Shown here piece by piece: positions 48,647 to 58,419 of a stretch of 64,000 nucleotides of DNA. The stretch lies in assembly GCA_965223905.1 (NCBI GenBank), contig CBDCXV010000011.1, positions 1,056,001 to 1,120,000 of the forward strand, in the 5' to 3' direction. The notes under the pieces are model-generated. The model saw nothing but the letters and a program-made list of their open reading frames with translations, did not search any database and was not told where the DNA came from. The translations under genes were made by a program, and so were the position numbers. Each line of letters begins with the position of its first letter. The first letter of the stretch is position 1. Origin of the DNA: Candidatus Latescibacterota bacterium (lineage in GTDB: Bacteria > Latescibacterota > UBA2968 > UBA8231).

Positions 48647-49141
48647 TCAGTATGCGTCCTGCTGTACTGCGAGTTCGATCAGGATGTGCTGTGTTCCCAC
48701 GGGACGGTCCGGATCGGTGGGTACCAGCCGGATGATCGTGTTTCCGTCCATTTCGAACGAGATCTGGTTGCTGTCGTACTTGTCGGAATCCACCCGGAAA
48801 TGAACCTCGGTACCGCCGGGAAGGAACTCTCCCGTCAGGTCGTAGAGCCTGCTCCGCCAGAACTTCCAGGGCAGCGCGTCGCTGACGTCGACCCGCTGCG
48901 GCTGAACGTCTCCGCCCCAGAACTTCAGGGCGATCGGATCGAGGTTCTCCACCTCCATGTTGATTCGGATCGTGCCGGCAGCCGCGTACCCCGGATCGAG
49001 ATCGAGCATGAGGAACAGGCGGCCATCGCCGGAAGAATCCACCGTGTTGTGTGCACAACTCCCCAGCGTCATGCCCGACAGGGCGAGGAAAGCGCAAAAC
49101 GCCGGGATGGGTGTCAGGCGGGGCAAGGGAAGGTGTCGCAT
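48647..49141 (-). CDS. Small lipoprotein, beta-rich
   Basis: Lipobox LGSC; FEMDGNTIIRL. Confidence 0.65.
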   Translation of the reverse strand: MRHLPLPRLTPIPAFCAFLALSGMTLGSCAHNTVDSSGDGRLFLMLDLDPGYAAAGTIRINMEVENLDPIALKFWGGDVQPQRVDVSDALPWKFWRSRLYDLTGEFLPGGTEVHFRVDSDKYDSNQISFEMDGNTIIRLVPTDPDRPVGTQHILIELAVQQDAY

Positions 49142-49188
49142 CTCGGAAACATTGTTCTTTTCCTCTGCAGATGCGAAAAATCGGGGCT

Positions 49189-49217
49189 AATAAACAGGAG
49201 AGGAATAGTCAAGTCAA
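49189..49217 (-). promoter_or_regulatory. Putative sigma70 promoter for the surface operon
   Basis: TTGACT-N17-TTTATT in an AT-rich intergenic patch. Confidence 0.45.
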
Positions 49218-49232
49218 CAAAAAATATCGGGC

Positions 49233-50882
49233 TCAGTCTTCCTTCGCAGCGACTTGGCGAAGGTTGTCTTCGAAAATCGTCACCCGGTCCGCGTATCTTT
49301 CTCTCAGAAAGGTGGTAAACTGGTCGAACCGATTGTTTTCCTTGAGTTTCCTCACCATCGTCCCGGCCTTGAATTCGACGCGTTTGTCCTCGAAGGTCTT
49401 CTCCTCCCGCTCATGGCCGAGAACGGTGAAGATCGAATACCCCCCTTCTACGGCCAAGGGACCCTGGAGCCGGTCGAGGGGCGCTGTTGCCGCCGCCTCC
49501 ACCAGGCCGGGGTAGCGCGGCTTCTCATGGGGATGGAAATGGAACTCGCCGCGGTTTTTCCTGCCGGCGGCGCGCAGGGTGTGCTCGGAGGCCAGGGTCG
49601 GGAAGTCCGCCCCGTCCCGCAACCGCCGCAGCAGGTCCCGGGCCTCGGCCTCGGTTTCGACCAGGATCTCCCGTACCCGGATGATCTCGGAGCCGCGGAA
49701 AAACTCCGGGTGTTCCTCGAAATAGGCCTCCGCCTCCTCCCGGGTCACTGAAACCGGTCTCTTTACGGCCCGCTCGAGCAGCTCTTCGGCAAGCCCCCTG
49801 TCGCGATTCTCCGCGAACCGGGACCTGACAGGGGCGTCCATGCCGAGACGGCCCGCCTCGGCGAGGACCAGCTCGGCGGGGACCGCGAAGTCTCGCAGGA
49901 ACGGCATGACGAGGCTGGTGTCCCCCAGGTCGATTTCGCTTTTGCCGCGATTGGCCAACTGGTCCAGGAGGCGGCCTGCGGTGATGCCGCCGCCGTCGAA
50001 TTCCCAGATGACGGTTTCCCTGCTTACGCCGTCCCGGCCGGCCGCGGCCGCTTCCTGAAAGAGGCGATCCAACCCTTCCGCCACGGGCCCGGAGCGGTAC
50101 TTGCGGGAAAGCTCCTCCAGGTGCCGCCGTCTTTCCCCGCGAAACATCTCCTGGCGATAGTGCTGGCGCAGGCTCTTCGAGTCGCCGTCGAACGGAAGGC
50201 TGCGCTCGGCAACCACCTTGACGAGACCACCGGAGCGGCCGAACCAGACAGGCTCGGACACCTCGTTCAATTCCAGGGAGAAGATGATGTCCTGAAGGGC
50301 GCCCCCGGTGAAGTCGGGTCCGAAGTAGCGGCCCTCGAGCCGGCGCTGCACCGCAGTCGGTTCCGCCCCTTCGCCGCGGAAGCTCTCGAAACCGGCCCCG
50401 GCGCGGATTTTTTCAAGGGCCTCGCGCGCCTCCGGAAGGGTTTGAAACTCGACGACCTCGAGCATGAGCTCGCGGTCCCTCCCGGAATCGTGAAAGAATC
50501 GCCGCAGTTCCCCGGGGGCTATCGCGAGTTCGGCCATCAGTTTCTTGTGGTAGAGCTGGGATATGCTCTCCTCGAGCCGCTTTCGTTGGCGCCTGAGGTA
50601 GTCCGGGTCCCGATCGAGCCCGGTCGCCCTGGCCTCCATGAGCAGAAGCTCCCGGTCGATCATGGATTGAAGGTGCTCCCGATGGCCGTCGATCCCCGGT
50701 TTCTCGGATTTCAGTTTTTCGGGCAGATCCTCGTAGTAGGCATTGTATTTTTCGATGGTAATGGCGACGTCGCCGACCTGGGCCAGGCGATCGCCCGCAC
50801 CGGGGTCCTGGCAGGCCGCCAGAAGCAACCCCAGGAGCAGTACCGGGAACAGAGGGGGTGGTTGTCCGTGACTCATGGCCAT
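49233..50882 (-). CDS. Parvulin-type peptidyl-prolyl isomerase lipoprotein (PrsA/SurA-like)
   Basis: Lipobox LAAC; LAQVGD, IDRELLL, VREILV...GADFPTLASEH...GEF, GGYSIF. Confidence 0.85.
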   Translation of the reverse strand: MAMSHGQPPPLFPVLLLGLLLAACQDPGAGDRLAQVGDVAITIEKYNAYYEDLPEKLKSEKPGIDGHREHLQSMIDRELLLMEARATGLDRDPDYLRRQRKRLEESISQLYHKKLMAELAIAPGELRRFFHDSGRDRELMLEVVEFQTLPEAREALEKIRAGAGFESFRGEGAEPTAVQRRLEGRYFGPDFTGGALQDIIFSLELNEVSEPVWFGRSGGLVKVVAERSLPFDGDSKSLRQHYRQEMFRGERRRHLEELSRKYRSGPVAEGLDRLFQEAAAAGRDGVSRETVIWEFDGGGITAGRLLDQLANRGKSEIDLGDTSLVMPFLRDFAVPAELVLAEAGRLGMDAPVRSRFAENRDRGLAEELLERAVKRPVSVTREEAEAYFEEHPEFFRGSEIIRVREILVETEAEARDLLRRLRDGADFPTLASEHTLRAAGRKNRGEFHFHPHEKPRYPGLVEAAATAPLDRLQGPLAVEGGYSIFTVLGHEREEKTFEDKRVEFKAGTMVRKLKENNRFDQFTTFLRERYADRVTIFEDNLRQVAAKED

Positions 50883-51133
50883 TTCCCTTGGTAATTCCTG
50901 ATTCGAGTATTGCGCGACCTCGAGGAAAATGTCGGAAAGCTTCTCCGTTCGCCCCGGATCGGAATCCGGGTCTCCCCCAATGGGTTGCGCCGATCGGATG
51001 GCAACATATCGACTTGGGAAACCCGCATCAACAACCCCGCTTGACCCCACCTGCCGAGCCGGACCTGGGGCCTGGTCTCTCTCTTTCACTTCTGTGCTCC
51101 CTGCCGCAGGTGAGGGGACCGGGTAGGCATTCC

Positions 51134-51958
51134 ATGCTTCGCCGGCTCCTCACCGGGTTGATCCTGGCAGTGCTCGCCGCGGCCGGCTGCGACCGGGAAG
51201 GCAAGGGGACGGACGGCCCGGAAAGCGCCGACCTGGTAGCCGGCCTCCCGGGAGGCGGGGCCATGGAGTTCGTCTGGATCGAGCCTGGGAACTTGCGCAT
51301 GGGGTCCCCCCTTTCCGACAGTCTGCGGTCCCCGGACGAGGGCCCGGAACACCGGGTTGCGATCACGCGCGGGTTCTACCTGGGACGGTACGAGATCACC
51401 CAGGGCCAGTGGGTGAAGGTGATGGGAACGGCGCCCTGGGAGGGACATCGCCTGGTGCGGTCGGACCCGCGGCACCCGGCGGTCAACATCACCTGGTACG
51501 AGGTGCAGGAGTTCATCCGCCGGCTCAACGCCGCCGCGGGCGAGGAGGTCTACCGCCTGCCGACCGAGGCGGAGTGGGAGCACGCCTGCCGGGCGGGGAC
51601 GGCGACGGCGTGGTCGTTCGGGGACGACCGGGAGCAGCTGGACGAGCACGCCTGGTACCACGACAACGCCTGGGACACCGGCAGGGGGCATCCCCGGGAG
51701 GTGGGAACGCGGCGGCCCAACCCGTGGGGCCTGTACGACATGCACGGCAACGCCATGGAGTGGTGCCAGGATCGGGCGGCGCCGTATGCCGCGGCGGACC
51801 GGGTCGATCCCACCGGCGCGGCCGCGGGGCTCAACCGGGTGATCCGCGGCGGCGACTTCGGCAGCGACGCCCGCTACGTGCGCTCGGCGTTCCGCTGCAA
51901 CCACCCCCCCGACGCCCGCGGCTACGGCCTCGGAGCGCGCCTGGCGCGGAGCCGCTGA
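51134..51958 (+). CDS. Formylglycine-generating enzyme (SUMF1/FGE-sulfatase) domain lipoprotein
   Basis: MGSP, YEITQGQW, RLPTEAEWE, PNPWGLYDMHGN, VIRGG. Confidence 0.92.
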   Translation: MLRRLLTGLILAVLAAAGCDREGKGTDGPESADLVAGLPGGGAMEFVWIEPGNLRMGSPLSDSLRSPDEGPEHRVAITRGFYLGRYEITQGQWVKVMGTAPWEGHRLVRSDPRHPAVNITWYEVQEFIRRLNAAAGEEVYRLPTEAEWEHACRAGTATAWSFGDDREQLDEHAWYHDNAWDTGRGHPREVGTRRPNPWGLYDMHGNAMEWCQDRAAPYAAADRVDPTGAAAGLNRVIRGGDFGSDARYVRSAFRCNHPPDARGYGLGARLARSR

Positions 51959-52193
51959 CCGGGCCGCGGCCCGGAGCGGTGGCCTCCGGACCGCCTGCGG
52001 GTCATTCCCTGTCCACTGGTCCAGTTTCGGGAGCGGCCGGCGGTCCTTCCCGTTCGACCGGTCCGCGGTGGCGCAACCCCCCCCGCCCCGACAGCGGAAC
52101 CTCGGCCGCTGCCAGTGGCCGAGGGAGGTTCGTTTCCTTCCGCCGGCCCGCGTCCTGCTCCCCGGAGGATCGGACGGCACAGCCTCGGCGAGC

Positions 52194-54674
52194 TCAGTCC
52201 TGCAGCTGCCAGAGGGCGCCGAAATGCCCCGCCTTCAGGTAGCGGCCCTCGGTCTTCCCGAGGAAGCCCCCGTCGAAGATCGCGTAGTCGTAGCCCGCCG
52301 AGTTCGGGAACTGGACCGGGGCGGCGATGTCGAGCCCGGTCATGTGCAGGTTGGCGGTGCCGCGGTGGGTGACCCCGCCGCCGACGAGGACGTAGCGCTC
52401 GGGATTGAGGGGATTCGGGTAGATCACGTGGAGGGCTACGTCCTCCCCGGAAAAGCGCTCCCCCCCGGCGACGACGGCATCGCCGTCGAAGCGGACCGGC
52501 AGGCGCTCGTTGATCTTCCCGATGATCCGGTTCGACCCGGGGTTGCCGAAGAGGACGAGGTTGCGCTCCTCGACGTCGGCATCGGTAACCTCCGTATCGG
52601 CCACCACCCGGCACTCCCCGTCGGCCCAGATCTGCCACCAGGTCTGGGCGAAGCGGGCCTGCCTGCGGTTCGCCGCGGCCTCCGCCTCCGAACCGCCGCT
52701 GCCGTACACCAGCAGGAACGGCGAGTTGAAGGCCTCGAAGATCGGACCGGCCTGACCGGCGCGCTTCTCCATGGCGCTCTCGGACTCGCCGGCCTCCGCC
52801 CAGGAGCCGGCTCCCTTCCCGATGGTCACCTCCCCCGCGGGCCCGTTATAGCTTTCGGCCCCGTCGGTCAGGATGGTCACCGGCTCGTCCATGTTCAGCA
52901 GGTTTTCGTGCAGTTCCAGGGTGTAGCGCGAGACGTTCTCGACCTGCACGTCGACCTTGTTCCCCGGCAGGATCGCCGCCCGTATCTCGGCGGCCTCCCC
53001 GTGCCGCTCGAACTGGTCTATGCGCACCCAGTACGCCCTGTTGAACCGCAGCTCCTCGGTCTGGTAGATCACCTTGTGAGGATGGGAGTGGAGCCGGTGC
53101 CGGCTGAAGTAGTCGTAGAGCCGCGGGTCGTCGGTGCAGGCCTGGGTGCGCTCGGCATCCTGCCACCACCAGTGAGTGGCCTCGGGCGGCTCGTGGTAGC
53201 GGAAGGAATAGTCCAGTTCCTCGAGAATCCTTACGACCTCCCGCGACTGCTCTACATCGACCACCTTGTCCCGGGCTCCGTGGAAGACGTAGGTCGGCAG
53301 GTTCAGGGCGTTCTCGATCACCGGCAGGGCGAAGGAGTTGCCCCCGGCGAACGGGGCCAGGGCGGCGAACAGGTCCGGCTTGCGCAGGCCGATGTACCAG
53401 CTGCCGCGCCCCCCCATGGAGTGGCCGTAGAGGTAGATGCGCTCCTCGTCGATGTTGTAGCGCTCCTGCATCGCCTCCATCATCTCGAGGACGTCCCACA
53501 TGCCCGCCTCCTTGTACGGCACCTCCCCGCGGGCGTTGGCCGCGGCGGTGAAAAGCCAGGGGCGGGAGGAGATCGCCTCGTGGGGTCCGGACGCCGCCTT
53601 GTACCCGTGCATGTTCAGGGCCAGGGAGTAGGCCCTCTCCGGGTCGTACTCGCGCGGCGCGATGATGCGGAAGGGCTGGATCGAGCCGTCGATCCTCGAC
53701 CGGTAGGAGGTGGCGAAGTACTCGCCCCGGGCCCGCAGCCTCGGCTCGAGCCGGAAGCGCTGGACCTCGTCCTCGACGGTGACTACCAGCTCCATGCCGG
53801 TGCTGTCCTCCGGCCCTACCACCCCTTTCGAGCGCATGTGGAACGGAAGTTGCCGGGTGACCCCCGGGGCGATGGACGCGAGCGTCTCCTCGCTGGCCTC
53901 GAGCACCTCGTTGGCCAGCACCGAGGCGCGAACCTCCTTCAGTGGACTCGTGGTGAGGTTGGTGACGTTGATGGCGCCGAGCACGTCGAGCTGCTCGCCG
54001 ACGACGAGGTCGGGAAGGAACAGGTACTGCTCCTCGCCGACGTGCCCTGCCGGGGTGCGGTCGGTGGCGTTGACGAAAAGCCTGGCTTCGGGCTCGAGGA
54101 CGGCCAGGGAGAATTTCCAGGAACAGCAGCGGCGGCCCCCCTTCACCAGGATGCGGTTGGTCCCCTGCTTCAGCTCGACGGGGAACAGCTCCTGGAAGGG
54201 CTTGTAGTAGCGGCTGGCCAAGCTCAGGTGGACGAGCTCCCCGTTGACGCGGATCGCCATCTGGTCCTCACCCCCCATGGCGAGGAAGACGCGCCTCGCT
54301 TCCGGGCTTTCCAGCTCGGCATAGGCGTAGCCGACGCGGCGGCGGGTCTGCCTGCTGTCGCCGGTCGGGTTGGTCAGCTTCATGAAGTCGACGGAGCCGT
54401 TGTCCGCGGCCGTCTGCGCCTGGCAGCCGACCGTTTCCCCGTCCGGGCGCCCGAGCTCCATGCCCTCCTCGAGGCGGGCGTTCTCCTCCCCGCCCACGCT
54501 TTCCAGGTAGTCGATGTGGAGCATGTCCGGTGCGGAGACCCAGGGCCCGCACACAGTCCAGTCGGTGATGTACCCTTCGGCCGCGGCCGGATGGGGCTCC
54601 GCGGCCGAAGGAACGGCGAAGGCGAAGGCGAGAAACGCCATTCGAGCCATACCCCCTGGAACGGATGGTCTCAT
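52194..54674 (-). CDS. Secreted multidomain alpha/beta hydrolase (S9/esterase-like)
   Basis: GHSMGG nucleophile elbow, FHGARDKVV, THWW; N-terminal beta-sandwich. Confidence 0.82.
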   Translation of the reverse strand: MRPSVPGGMARMAFLAFAFAVPSAAEPHPAAAEGYITDWTVCGPWVSAPDMLHIDYLESVGGEENARLEEGMELGRPDGETVGCQAQTAADNGSVDFMKLTNPTGDSRQTRRRVGYAYAELESPEARRVFLAMGGEDQMAIRVNGELVHLSLASRYYKPFQELFPVELKQGTNRILVKGGRRCCSWKFSLAVLEPEARLFVNATDRTPAGHVGEEQYLFLPDLVVGEQLDVLGAINVTNLTTSPLKEVRASVLANEVLEASEETLASIAPGVTRQLPFHMRSKGVVGPEDSTGMELVVTVEDEVQRFRLEPRLRARGEYFATSYRSRIDGSIQPFRIIAPREYDPERAYSLALNMHGYKAASGPHEAISSRPWLFTAAANARGEVPYKEAGMWDVLEMMEAMQERYNIDEERIYLYGHSMGGRGSWYIGLRKPDLFAALAPFAGGNSFALPVIENALNLPTYVFHGARDKVVDVEQSREVVRILEELDYSFRYHEPPEATHWWWQDAERTQACTDDPRLYDYFSRHRLHSHPHKVIYQTEELRFNRAYWVRIDQFERHGEAAEIRAAILPGNKVDVQVENVSRYTLELHENLLNMDEPVTILTDGAESYNGPAGEVTIGKGAGSWAEAGESESAMEKRAGQAGPIFEAFNSPFLLVYGSGGSEAEAAANRRQARFAQTWWQIWADGECRVVADTEVTDADVEERNLVLFGNPGSNRIIGKINERLPVRFDGDAVVAGGERFSGEDVALHVIYPNPLNPERYVLVGGGVTHRGTANLHMTGLDIAAPVQFPNSAGYDYAIFDGGFLGKTEGRYLKAGHFGALWQLQD

Positions 54675-54760
54675 GATTGCCTCCCTCTCTCTTGAGGTGG
54701 AAACTCGATTCATCCCCTGCAAGGCTACATCCCCGGACGGGCAGGTCCAAATGGAATGGG

Positions 54761-56230
54761 TCAGTCGCGGTAGTTCATCGGCGCGGAGCGATCCCCGAGC
54801 AGCGGCCGGTAGTCGAAGTCCTGCCCGCGTTTCTCCTCGAACTCCTGCCGGGCCGCAGCGACCAGGGAGGGATCGGTGATCGCGTCTACGGCGCTCATCG
54901 CCAGGGTCTTGGCGGCGACCATCATCCCCTTGATCCCGATGCCGGTGCCCCCGGCCGCGGTCGCCTGCCAGCTGTGGGCGGGAGTGCCCGGGACCCAGGT
55001 CGCCGTGACCAGACCCGCGGTCGGCACGTTCCAGCTCACGTCCCCGACGTCGGTGGAACCTTTGCCGTGCCAGATCTCGTACTCCATGACCTCCGACTGC
55101 GAGCCGGGCTCCCGCTCCCCGCCGCCGAGGGTTGCCCGGATGCGGCGGGCGAACTCATCCTCTTCGCTCGTATACTCCACCCCGCCGACCTCGGTCAGGT
55201 TGGCGTGCACGACCGCGGCGAGGGTTTCGTTGAGCAGCAGGCTGTGGTTGCCGTGGATGACCTCGTGCTCGACCTGGGTCCCCGTGCCCAGCGCCGCCCC
55301 TTCCGAGGCCTGCACCACGCGCGGCCAGATCTCCTCGAGGACCTCGGCTTCCGGGTGGCGGACGTAGTAGTAGACCTCGGCGAAGTCCGGGACGATGTTG
55401 GGGGCGGTGCCGCCGCGGGTAATCACGTAATGGACGCGGGCGACGGAGGGCAGGTGCTCCCGCATCAGGTTGACCATGTGGTTCATCGCCTCGACGCCGT
55501 CGAGGGCGGAACGCCCTCGTTCGGGTGCAGAGGCGGCGTGGGTGGCGATGCCGCGAAAGCGGAACTTCGCCGACTTGTTGGCCACCGAGGTGCGCGGGCT
55601 GGCGTTGTTCCGGTCCGAAGGGTGCCAGTGAAAGACCACGTCGACATCGTCGAAAAGCCCGGCGCGGGTCATGTAGACCTTTCCCGACCCCCCCTCCTCG
55701 GCCGGGGTGCCGTAGACGCGGACGGTGCCGCTCGACCCGGAGCGCTCGAGCCATCCGGCGATGCCGATGGCGGCCGCCGCGGAACCGGTCCCGAACAGGT
55801 GGTGGCCGCAGGCGTGCCCGGCGCCGTCGGGTATCCTGGGCTCCCGTTCGGGGGCATCGGTCTGCGACATGCCGGGGAGGGCGTCGAACTCGGCGAGCAG
55901 GGCGACGACCGGCGCCCCGGCGCCGTACGAGGCGACGAAGGCGGTGGGCAGGGCGGCGACCCCGGCCTCGACCTCGAAGCCGGCGCCGCCCAGCAGGGAC
56001 TGCAGGAGGGCGGAGCTCTCCTCCTCCCTGTATCCCAGCTCGGGGTGCTCCCAGATCTGCCGGGCGATGCCGGCGAGCTCGGAGCGCCTGGATTCGATCG
56101 CCTGCACCGCGGCCTGCTCGCCGGCCGGGGCAGGTCCGGGCCGGTTTTCAGCCTCCGGCGAGCCAGGGGAGGGCGCCGCCAGAACCGTTGCCGCCAGGGG
56201 AATGAAGACCGCTTTTGACGCTCTACGCAT
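54761..56230 (-). CDS. M20 amidohydrolase (AbgB-like)
   Basis: HPELGY, EFDALPG, GHACGHH, TPAEEGG, GSTDVGDVSW. Confidence 0.92.
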   Translation of the reverse strand: MRRASKAVFIPLAATVLAAPSPGSPEAENRPGPAPAGEQAAVQAIESRRSELAGIARQIWEHPELGYREEESSALLQSLLGGAGFEVEAGVAALPTAFVASYGAGAPVVALLAEFDALPGMSQTDAPEREPRIPDGAGHACGHHLFGTGSAAAAIGIAGWLERSGSSGTVRVYGTPAEEGGSGKVYMTRAGLFDDVDVVFHWHPSDRNNASPRTSVANKSAKFRFRGIATHAASAPERGRSALDGVEAMNHMVNLMREHLPSVARVHYVITRGGTAPNIVPDFAEVYYYVRHPEAEVLEEIWPRVVQASEGAALGTGTQVEHEVIHGNHSLLLNETLAAVVHANLTEVGGVEYTSEEDEFARRIRATLGGGEREPGSQSEVMEYEIWHGKGSTDVGDVSWNVPTAGLVTATWVPGTPAHSWQATAAGGTGIGIKGMMVAAKTLAMSAVDAITDPSLVAAARQEFEEKRGQDFDYRPLLGDRSAPMNYRD

Positions 56231-56408
56231 GTGCTGCCCTCCAGGAAATCCGGATGAATCGGGTGGGGGTGGGAGCGTGAAATATCGAGGCTGTCCCGCG
56301 GCGGCGCGACCGCATTCCGGAAGCGGAAGCCGCTTTCCTCGAAACTCCCCCCGGCAGGGGCGCGCCTCGGGGGCTTCCCCTCTCCCCTGCTGATCCGAGG
56401 AGAACGCC

Positions 56409-58373
56409 ATTCCTTCCGCACCGCATTCCGGAGTCGCGGGCTACCGCGGCTGCAGCCTGCGAGCCATCGCTGTCGGCCTGGCGTCGGCGGCCTTCATGGC
56501 GGTCGCCATTCCCTACGGCGACATGGTGCTGAAGGGCTCCCAGATGGGCGTCTGGAACACCAACCCCGGTTCGATATTCCTGTTCTTCGTCATCATCGCC
56601 ATCGCCAACGTCATCGTCGGGGCCGTCCACCGGCCCCTGGCGCTGGACCGCAGCGAGCTGGCGGTGGTCTACGTCCTGCTGCTGATCGCCAACACCCTGC
56701 CGGCGCGCGGCTTCGCCGGGTACGTGCCCCCGGTGGCCACGGGGGCCTTCTACTACGCCAACCCGGAGAACAACTGGGAGGAGCAGGTCCACCCCTTCCT
56801 CCCGCGCTGGGCAGTCGTCGACGACGAGCGGGCGGTGACGCGGTTCTACGAGGGGGACGCGGTCAATCCCGCCATACCGTGGGGGGAGTGGATCGGGCCG
56901 GTCCTCGCCTGGATCCTCTTCGCCCTCGCCCTCTACCTGGTGATGGTCTCCGTCTGCGTCATCCTCCGCAAGCAGTGGGTGGAGCACGAGCGGCTCGTCT
57001 ACCCGATGATGCAGCTGCCCCTGCAGATGCTCGAGGACGACGCGCAGCGCTCGACGCTCAAACCGTTCTTCCGAAAAGGTCCGATGTGGCTCGGCTTCGC
57101 CCTGCCCTGCGCCATCGTCTGCATCAACGGACTGCACCACTACTACCCCAACTTCCCGGTGATCGACACCAACTTCGGCACCATCGAGCTGCTCAAAGGG
57201 GGCGCCCATCTGCGCTTCTACCTCAGTTTCACCATGGTCGGGTTCTCCTACTTCGTCACCCGCAGCATCGGCGCCGGACTCTGCTTCTTCTACATCCTGA
57301 ACCGCCTCGAGGAAGGGGTGTTCCATCTCCTCGGGGTCGGCATCGACCCGGGACCGGTCGGCGCCTTCGGGCACTACGCCGATCCCATCGTCATGTACCA
57401 GGCCATGGGCGGAATGATCGTCCTCGTGCTCATGGGGCTGTGGAACGCCCGCCGGCACCTGTTCCAGGTCCTCCTAAAGGCGTTCACCGGGGCGCCGCAC
57501 ATCGACGACTCGCAGGAGATGATGTCCTACCGCCAGGCGGTTTTCGGTGCCCTCGCCGGGCTGATCGCGATGGGGGCCTGGCTGTGGCTGGCCGGCATTC
57601 CCCTCGTCGCCATCGCCGTGCTCTTCTTCGGCTGCCTCGTCGTCTTCCTGACCATCACCCGGGTCGTCATCGAGGGGGGCGTTGCCGTGATGTTTCCACC
57701 GATGACGGGCCCGGACTTCACCGCGGCGGCGCTGGGAACCCGGCTTCTGGGGCCGCACGGCGGCGCCGGCATGGCCATGACCTACGTCTGGGGAACGGAC
57801 GTTCTCGTGCTGCTGATGACCTCCTGCAGCAACGGCCTCAGGCTCGCCGACCAGATCGGGCCGCGCCTGCGGCGCCTGTTCTGGGCGATTGCGATCATGA
57901 TCCCGGTGACCATCCTGCTGTCGGTCTGGGTGCGGCTCGACGCCGCCTACACCCACGGCGCCATCAACCTCAACCACTACTACGCCAACTACGCCGCCCA
58001 GTACCCGTACCGTTTCCTGCAGGCCGTCGTCGCCTCCCCCGCGGGGCCGCACATCGACGGCCTGGTGCAGATGGGGTTGGGCGCCTCCATCATGCTGCTG
58101 CTGGCAATGGCCCACTACCGCTGGGTGTGGTGGCCCTTTCACCCCCTCGGCTTCCCGATCAGCGCCGCCTTCGGAGGAATGTGGTTCAGCGTCGTCATCG
58201 CCCTGGTGGTAAAGACCGTCGTGGTCCGCTACGGCGGGCCGGTCTGGTACCGGCGGACCACCCCCTTCTTCCTCGGCCTGATACTGGGCGAGATCGTCAC
58301 CGCGGGATTCTGGCTGGTCGTCGACTTCTTCACCGGCACGCGGGGAAACGTGCTCGGCTCGTTCCTCAACTGA
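56409..58373 (+). CDS. DUF6785/DUF6784-type polytopic membrane protein (putative peptide transporter)
   Basis: ELAVVYV, RKQWVEHERLVYP, WWPFHPLG, PFFLGLILG; likely ATT start behind GAGGAG (first ATG at 56496). Confidence 0.8.
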   Translation: MPSAPHSGVAGYRGCSLRAIAVGLASAAFMAVAIPYGDMVLKGSQMGVWNTNPGSIFLFFVIIAIANVIVGAVHRPLALDRSELAVVYVLLLIANTLPARGFAGYVPPVATGAFYYANPENNWEEQVHPFLPRWAVVDDERAVTRFYEGDAVNPAIPWGEWIGPVLAWILFALALYLVMVSVCVILRKQWVEHERLVYPMMQLPLQMLEDDAQRSTLKPFFRKGPMWLGFALPCAIVCINGLHHYYPNFPVIDTNFGTIELLKGGAHLRFYLSFTMVGFSYFVTRSIGAGLCFFYILNRLEEGVFHLLGVGIDPGPVGAFGHYADPIVMYQAMGGMIVLVLMGLWNARRHLFQVLLKAFTGAPHIDDSQEMMSYRQAVFGALAGLIAMGAWLWLAGIPLVAIAVLFFGCLVVFLTITRVVIEGGVAVMFPPMTGPDFTAAALGTRLLGPHGGAGMAMTYVWGTDVLVLLMTSCSNGLRLADQIGPRLRRLFWAIAIMIPVTILLSVWVRLDAAYTHGAINLNHYYANYAAQYPYRFLQAVVASPAGPHIDGLVQMGLGASIMLLLAMAHYRWVWWPFHPLGFPISAAFGGMWFSVVIALVVKTVVVRYGGPVWYRRTTPFFLGLILGEIVTAGFWLVVDFFTGTRGNVLGSFLN

Positions 58374-58419
58374 CTGCAGCTCAAAGCCGCGAGCAGCCTG
58401 CAGACGGGTGCCGCTCCGT

